From Nemertoderma westbladi (lineage: Eukaryota; Animalia; Xenacoelomorpha), in NCBI GenBank assembly GCA_032718475.1, contig JAUCBJ010008588.1, positions 1-58,581 on the forward strand: a stretch of DNA of 58,581 nucleotides, given 5' to 3'. A program made the position numbers and the translations under genes. Below, piece by piece: positions 49,901-58,581 of the stretch. The notes beneath the pieces were generated by a model, which saw nothing but the letters and a program-made list of their open reading frames with translations, did not search any database and was not told the origin of the DNA. Numbering within the stretch: the first letter of the stretch is position 1; the number at the start of each line of letters is the position of its first letter.

Positions 49901-52900
49901 CACACCACTACGATACATCGTCCACACCACTAGGATACATCGTCCACACCACTAGGATACATCATCCACACAACTAGGATACATCGTCCACACCACTAGG
50001 ATACATCGTCCACACCACTAAGATACAGCGTCCACCTACACCACAAGGATTCATCGTCCACACCACTACGATACAACATCCACACCACTAGGATTCATCG
50101 TCCACACAACTAGGATACATCGTCCACACCACTAGGATACATCGTCCACCCACACCACTAGGATATATCGTCCACACCTCTAGGATACATCGCCACACCA
50201 CTACGATATATCGTCCACCCACACCACTAGGATATATCGTCCACACCACTACGATACATCGTCCACACCACTAGGATACATCGTCCACCCACATCACTAG
50301 GATACATCGTCCACACAACTAGGATACAACGTCCACCCACACCACTAGGATACATCGTCCACCCACACCACTAGGATATATCGTCCACACCACTATGATA
50401 CATCGTCCACCCACACCACTAGGATATATCGTCCACACCACTAGGATACATCGTCCACACCACTGGGATACATCGCCCACACCACTAGGATATATCATCC
50501 ACCCACACCACTAGGATACATCGTCCACACCACTAGGATACATCGTCCACCCACATCACTAGGATACATCGTCCACACAACTAGGATACATCGTCCACCC
50601 ACACCACTAGGATACATCGTCCACCCACACCACTAGGATACATCGTCCACCCACACCACTAGGATACATTGTCCACACCACTACGATACATCGTCCGCAC
50701 CACTACGATACATCGTCCACACCACTAGGATAAATCGTCCACACAACTAGGATACATCGTCCACCTACACCACTAGGATTCATCGTCCTCAGCACTACGA
50801 TACATCGTCCACACCACTAGGATACATCGTCCACACCACTACGATACACCGTCCACACCACTAGGATACATCGTCCACCTACACCACTAGGATACATCGT
50901 CCACACCACTAGGATACTTCGCCACACCACTACGATATATCGTCCACCCACACCACTAGGATATATCGTCCACACCACTAGGATACATCGTCCACCCACA
51001 CCACTAGGATATATCGTCCACACCACTAGGATAAATCGTCCACACCACTAGGATACATCGTCCACCTACACCACTAGGATTCATCGTCCTCAGCACTACG
51101 ATACATCGTCCACACCACTAGGATACATCGTCCACACCACTACGATACACCGTCCACACCACTAGGATACATCGTCCACCTACACCACTAGGATACATCG
51201 TCCACACCACTAGGATACATCGTCCACCCACACCACTAGGATATATCGTCCACACCACTACGATACATCGTCCACACCACTAGGATATATCGTCCACCTA
51301 CACCACTAGGATACATCGTCCACACCACTAGGATACATCGTCCACCCACACCACTAGGATATATCGTCCACACCACTACGATACATCGTCCACACCACTA
51401 CGATACACCGTCCACACCACTAGGATACATCGTCCACCTACACCACTAGGATACATCGTCCACACCACTAGGATACATCGTCCACCCACACCACTAGGAT
51501 ATATCGTCCACACCACTACGATACATCGTCCACACCACTAGGATATATCGTCCACACCACTAGGATACATCGCCCACACCTCTAGGATATATCGTCCACC
51601 CACACCACTAGGATACATCGTCCACACCACTAGGATACATCGTCCACCTACACCACTAGGATACATCGTCCACACCACTAGGATACATCGTCCACACCAC
51701 TAGGATACATCGTCCACCCACACCACTATGATATATCGTCCACACCACTACGATACATCATCCACACCACTAGGATACATCGTCCACACCACTAGGATAC
51801 ATCGTCCACACCACTAGGATACATCGTCCACATCCCTAGGATATATCGCCCACACCACTACGATACATCGTCCACACCACTAGGATACATCGTCCACACC
51901 ACTAGGATACATCATCCACACAACTAGGATACATCGTCCACACCACTAGGATACATCGTCCACACCACTAAGATACATCGTCCACACCACTAGGATACAT
52001 CGTCCACACCACTAGGATACATCGTCCACACCACTAGGATACATCGTCCACCCACACCACTAGGATATATCGTCCACACCACTACGATACAGCGTCCACC
52101 TACACCACAAGGATTCATCGTCCACACCACTACGATACAACATCCACACCACAAGGATACATCGTCCACACCACTAGGATATATCGCCCACACCACTACG
52201 ATACATCGTCCACACCACTAGGATACATCGTCCACACCACTAGGATACATCATCCACACAACTAGGATACATCGTCCACACCACTAGGATACATCGTCCA
52301 CACCACTAAGATACAGCGTCCACCTACACCACAAGGATTCATCGTCCACACCACTACGATACAACATCCACACCACTAGGATTCATCGTCCACACAACTA
52401 GGATACATCGTCCACACCACTAGGATACATCGTCCACCCACACCACTAGGATATATCGTCCACACCTCTAGGATACATCGCCACACCACTACGATATATC
52501 GTCCACCCACACCACTAGGATATATCGTCCACACCACTACGATACATCGTCCACACCACTAGGATACATCGTCCACCCACATCACTAGGATACATCGTCC
52601 ACACAACTAGGATACAAAGTCCACCCACACCACTAGGATACATCGTCCACCCACACCACTAGGATATATCGTCCACACCACTATGATACATCGTCCACCC
52701 ACACCACTAGGATATATCGTCCACACCACTAGGATACATCGTCCACACCACTGGGATACATCGCCCACACCACTAGGATATATCATCCACCCACACCACT
52801 AGGATACATCGTCCACACCACTAGGATACATCGTCCACCTACACCACTAGGATACATCGTCCATACCACTAGGATACATCATCCACACAACTAGGATACA

Positions 52901-55900
52901 TCGTCCACACCACTAGGATACATCGTCCACACCACTAAGATACAGCGTCCACCTACACCACAAGGATTCATCGTTCACACCACTACGATACAACATCCAC
53001 ACCAATAGGATACATCGTCCACACAACTAGGATACATCGTCCACACCACTAGGATACATCGTCCACCCACACCACTAGGATACATCATCCACACAACTAG
53101 GATACATCGTCCACACCACTAGGATACATCGTCCACACCACTAAGATACAGCGTCCACCTACACCACAAGGATTCATCGTCCACACCACTACGATACAAC
53201 ATCCACACCACTAGGATACATCGTCCACACAACTAGGATACATCGTCCACACCACTAGGATACATCGTCCACACAACTAGGATACATCGTCCACCCACAC
53301 CACTAGGATACATCGTCCACACAACTAGGATACATCGTCCACACCACTAAGATACAGCGTCCACCTACACCACAAGGATTCATCGTCCACACCACTACGA
53401 TACAACATCCACACCACTAGGATACATCGTCCACACAACTAGGATACATCGTCCACACCACTAGGATACATCGTCCACCCACACCACTAGGATACATCAT
53501 CCACACAACTAGGATACATCGTCCACACCACTAGGATACATCGTCCACACCACTAAGATACAGCGTCCACCTACACCACAAGGATTCATCGTCCACACCA
53601 CTACGATACAACATCCACACCACTAGGATACATCGTCCACACAACTAGGATACATCGTCCACACCACTAGGATACATCGTCCACACAACTAGGATATATC
53701 GTCCACCCACACCACTAGGATACATCGTCCACACCACTAGGATACATCGTCCACCCACACCACTAGGATATATCGTCCACACCTCTAGGATACATCGCCA
53801 CACCACTACGATATATCGTCCACCCACACCACTAGGATATATCGTCCACACCACTACGATACATCGTCCACACCACTAGGATACATCGTCTACCCACATC
53901 ACTAGGATACATCGTCCACACAACTAGGATACAACGTCCACCCACACCACTAGGATACATCGTCCACCCACACCACTAGGATATATCGTCCACACCACTA
54001 TGATACATCGTCCACCCACACCACTAGGATATATCGTCCACACCACTAGGATACATCGTCCACACCACTGGGATACATCGCCCACACCACTAGGATATAT
54101 CATCCACCCACACCACTAGGATACATCGTCCACACCACTAGGATACATCGTCCACCTACACCACTAGGATACATCGTCCATACCACTACGATACATCGTC
54201 CACACCACTAGGATACATCGTCCACACCACTACGATACACCGTCCACACCACTAGGATACATCGTCCACCTACACCACTAGGATACATCGTCCACACCAC
54301 TAGGATACTTCGCCACACCACTACGATATATCGTCCACCCACACCACTAGGATATATCGTCCACACCACTAGGATACATCGTCCATCCACACCACTAGGA
54401 TATATCGTCCACACTACTAGGATAAATCGTCCACACCACTAGGATAAATCGTCCACACCACTAGGATACACCGTCCACCTACACCACTAGGATTCATCGT
54501 CCTCAGCACTACGATACATCGTCCACACCACTAGGATACATCGTCCACACCACTACGATACACCGTCCACACCACTAGGATACATCGTCCACCCACACCA
54601 CTACGATATATCGTCCACACCACTAGGATACATCGTCCACACCACTAGGATACATCGTCCACCCACACCACTAGGATATATCGTCCACACCACTACGATA
54701 CATCGTCCACACCACTAGGATATATCGTCCACACCACTAGGATACATCGCCCACACCACTACGATACATCGTCCACACCACTAGGATACATCGTCCACAC
54801 CACTAGGATACATCATCCACACAACTAGGATACATCGTCCACACCACTAGGATACATCGTCCACACCACTAAGATACATCGTCCACACCACTAGGATACA
54901 TCGTCCACACCACTAGGATACATCGTCCACACCACTAGGATACATCGTCCACCCACACCACTAGGATATATCGTCCACACCACTACGATACAGCGTCCAC
55001 CTACACCACAAGGATTCATCGTCCACACCACTACGATACAACATCCACACCACAAGGATACATCGTCCACACCACTAGGATATATCGTCCACCTACACCA
55101 CTAGGATACATCGTCCACACCACTAGGATACATCGTCCACACCACTAGGATACATCATCCACACAACTAGGATACATCGTCCACACCACTAGGATACATC
55201 GTCCACACCACTAAGATACAGCGTCCACCTACACCACAAGGATTCATCGTCCACACCACTACGATACAACATCCACACCACTAGGATTCATCGTCCACAC
55301 AACTAGGATACATCGTCCACACCACTAGGATACATCGTCCACCCACACCACTAGGATATATCGTCCACACCTCTAGGATACATCGCCACACCACTACGAT
55401 ATATCGTCCACCCACACCACTAGGATATATCGTCCACACCACTACGATACATCGTCCACACCACTAGGATACATCGTCCACCCACATCACTAGGATACAT
55501 CGTCCACACAACTAGGATACAACGTCCACCCACACCACTAGGATACATCGTCCACCCACACCACTAGGATATATCGTCCACACCACTATGATACATCGTC
55601 CACCCACACCACTAGGATATATCGTCCACACCACTAGGATACATCGTCCACACCACTGGGATACATCGCCCACACCACTAGGATATATCATCCACCCACA
55701 CCACTAGGATACATCGTCCACACCACTAGGATACATCGTCCACCCACATCACTAGGATACATCGTCCACACAACTAGGATACATCGTCCACCCACACCAC
55801 TAGGATACATCGTCCACCCACACCACTAGGATACATCGTCCACCCACACCACTAGGATACATTGTCCACACCACTACGATACATCGTCCGCACCACTACG

Positions 55901-58576
55901 ATACATCGTCCACACCACTAGGATAAATCGTCCACACAACTAGGATACATCGTCCACCTACACCACTAGGATTCATCGTCCTCAGCACTACGATACATCG
56001 TCCACACCACTAGGATACATCGTCCACACCACTACGATACACCGTCCACACCACTAGGATACATCGTCCACCTACACCACTAGGATACATCGTCCACACC
56101 ACTAGGATACTTCGCCACACCACTACGATATATCGTCCACCCACACCACTAGGATATATCGTCCACACCACTAGGATACATCGTCCACCCACACCACTAG
56201 GATATATCGTCCACACCACTAGGATAAATCGTCCACACCACTAGGATACATCGTCCACCTACACCACTAGGATTCATCGTCCTCAGCACTACGATACATC
56301 GTCCACCCACACCACTAGGATACATCGTCCACACCACTAGGATACATCGTCCACCTACACCACTAGGATACATCGCCAACACCACTAGGATACATCGTCC
56401 ACACCACTAGGATACATCATCCACACAACTAGGATACATCGTCCACACCACTAGGATACATCGTCCACACCACTACGATACATCGTCCACCCACACCACT
56501 AGGATATATCGTCCACACCACTACGATACATCGTCCACACCACTACGATACACCGTCCACACCACTAGGATACATCGTCCACCTACACCACTAGGATACA
56601 TCGTCCACACCACTAGGATACATCGTCCACCCACACCACTAGGATATATCGTCCACACCACTACGATACATCGTCCACACCACTAGGATATATCGTCCAC
56701 ACCACTAGGATACATCGCCCACACCTCTAGGATATATCGTCCACCCACACCACTAGGATACATCGTCCACACCACTAGGATACATCGTCCACCTACACCA
56801 CTAGGATACATCGTCCACACCACTAGGATACATCGTCCACACCACTAGGATACATCGTCCACCCACACCACTAGGATATATCGTCCACCCACACCACTAG
56901 GATACATTGCCCACACCACTATGATATATCGTCCACACCACTACGATACATCATCCACACCACTAGGATACATCGTCCACACCACTAGGATACATCGTCC
57001 ACACCACTAGGATACATCGTCCACACCCCTAGGATATATCGCCCACACCACTACGATACATCGTCCACACCACTAGGATACATCGTCCACACCACTAGGA
57101 TACATCATCCACACAACTAGGATACATCGTCCACACCACTAGGATACATCGTCCACACCACTAAGATACATCGTCCACACCACTAGGATACATCGTCCAC
57201 ACCACTAGGATACATCGTCCACACCACTAGGATACATGGTCCACCCACACCACTAGGATATATCGTCCACACCACTACGATACAGCGTCCACCTACACCA
57301 CAAGGATTCATCGTCCACACCACTACGATACAACATCCACACCACAAGGATACATCGTCCACACCACTAGGATATATCGCCCACACCACTACGATACATC
57401 GTCCACACCACTAGGATACATCGTCCACACCACTAGGATACATCATCCACACAACTAGGATACATCGTCCACACCACTAGGATACATCGTCCACACCACT
57501 AGGATACATCGTCCACCCACACCACTAGGATATATCGTCCACACCACTACGATACATCGTCCACACCACTAGGATATATCGTCCACCTACACCACTAGGA
57601 TACATCGTCCACACCACTAGGATACATCGTCCACCCACACCACTAGGATATATCGTCCACACCACTACGATACATCGTCCACACCACTACGATACACCGT
57701 CCACACCACTAGGATACATCGTCCACCTACACCACTAGGATACATCGTCCACACCACTAGGATACATCGTCCACCCACACCACTAGGATATATCGTCCAC
57801 ACCACTACGATACATCGTCCACACCACTAGGATATATCGTCCACACCACTAGGATACATCGCCCACACCTCTAGGATATATCGTCCACCCACACCACTAG
57901 GATACATCGTCCACACCACTAGGATACATCGTCCACCTACACCACTAGGATACATCGTCCACACCACTAGGATACATCGTCCACACCACTAGGATACATC
58001 GTCCACCCACACCAATATGATATATCGTCCACACCACTACGATACATCATCCACACCACTAGGATACATCGTCCACACCACTAGGATACATCGTCCACAC
58101 CACTAGGATACATCGTCCACACCCCTAGGATATATCGCCCACACCACTACGATACATCGTCCACACCACTAGGATACATCGTCCACTCCACTAGGATACA
58201 TCATCCACACAACTAGGATACATCGTCCACACCACTAGGATACATCGTCCACACCACTAAGATACATCGTCCACACCACTAGGATACATCGTCCACACCA
58301 CTAGGATACATCGTCCACACCACTAGGATACATCGTCCACCCACACCACTAGGATATATCGTCCACACCACTACGATACAGCGTCCATCTACACCACAAG
58401 GATTCATCGTCCACACCACTACGATACAACATCCACACCACAAGGATACATCGTAAACACCACTAGGATATATCGCCCACACCACTACGATACATCGTCC
58501 ACACCACTAGGATACATCGTCCACACCACTAGGATACATCATCCACACAACTAGGATACATCGTCCACACCACTAG
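40909..58576. repeat. 22/26-bp satellite, ~17.7 kb, with higher-order repeat (HOR) structure
   Basis: Monomer ccactaggatacatcgtccaca with or without a 4-nt ccca/ccta insert. Identical spurious ORFs recur at 5190-5193-bp spacing. Confidence 0.98.
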
Positions 58577-58581
58577 TGTAT

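Noticed and set aside
42335-58485. Minus-strand hydrophobic ORFs (VVWTMYPSGVGGRCIL)
   Set aside because: Chance open frames in the 22/26-bp satellite; useful only as HOR markers.
40909-58576. CRISPR-like array
   Set aside because: The monomers are head-to-tail with no unique spacers, there are no cas genes, and the context is a eukaryotic intron. The same applies to the 43-, 50-, 51- and 56-bp arrays.

Overview
This is eukaryotic (metazoan-type, AT-rich) genomic DNA, not prokaryotic, and most of the ORF track is repeat noise. The window lies inside one large + strand multi-exon gene encoding an RGS22-like protein (regulator of G-protein signalling 22). I traced 17 GT-AG exons with mutually consistent phases (6638-39890, about 3.1 kb CDS); the gene is incomplete at both ends. 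Its introns are inflated by: an antisense BEL/Pao LTR retrotransposon (gag ORF 2889->1, absent from the ORF track because it runs off the window); a 5'-truncated CRE-like RLE-type LINE; an RTE-like LINE fragment; several MITEs; a nested antisense intronless STRAP gene (34372-35379); and five tandem arrays (43, 51, 50, 56 and 22/26 bp units). The most unusual signal is that several repeats are amplified copies of the gene's own splice junctions. The 13-kb 51-bp array is about 250 copies of an exon end plus its 5' splice donor, with the first ~52 copies staying in frame. The 56-bp array is about 32 copies of the next exon's branch point and 3' acceptor. A 60-bp two-copy duplication repeats another donor. 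A minimal type I hammerhead ribozyme (Penelope-type) is inserted in sense orientation inside the 51-bp array. All family assignments rest on motif recognition by eye; no database search was run.
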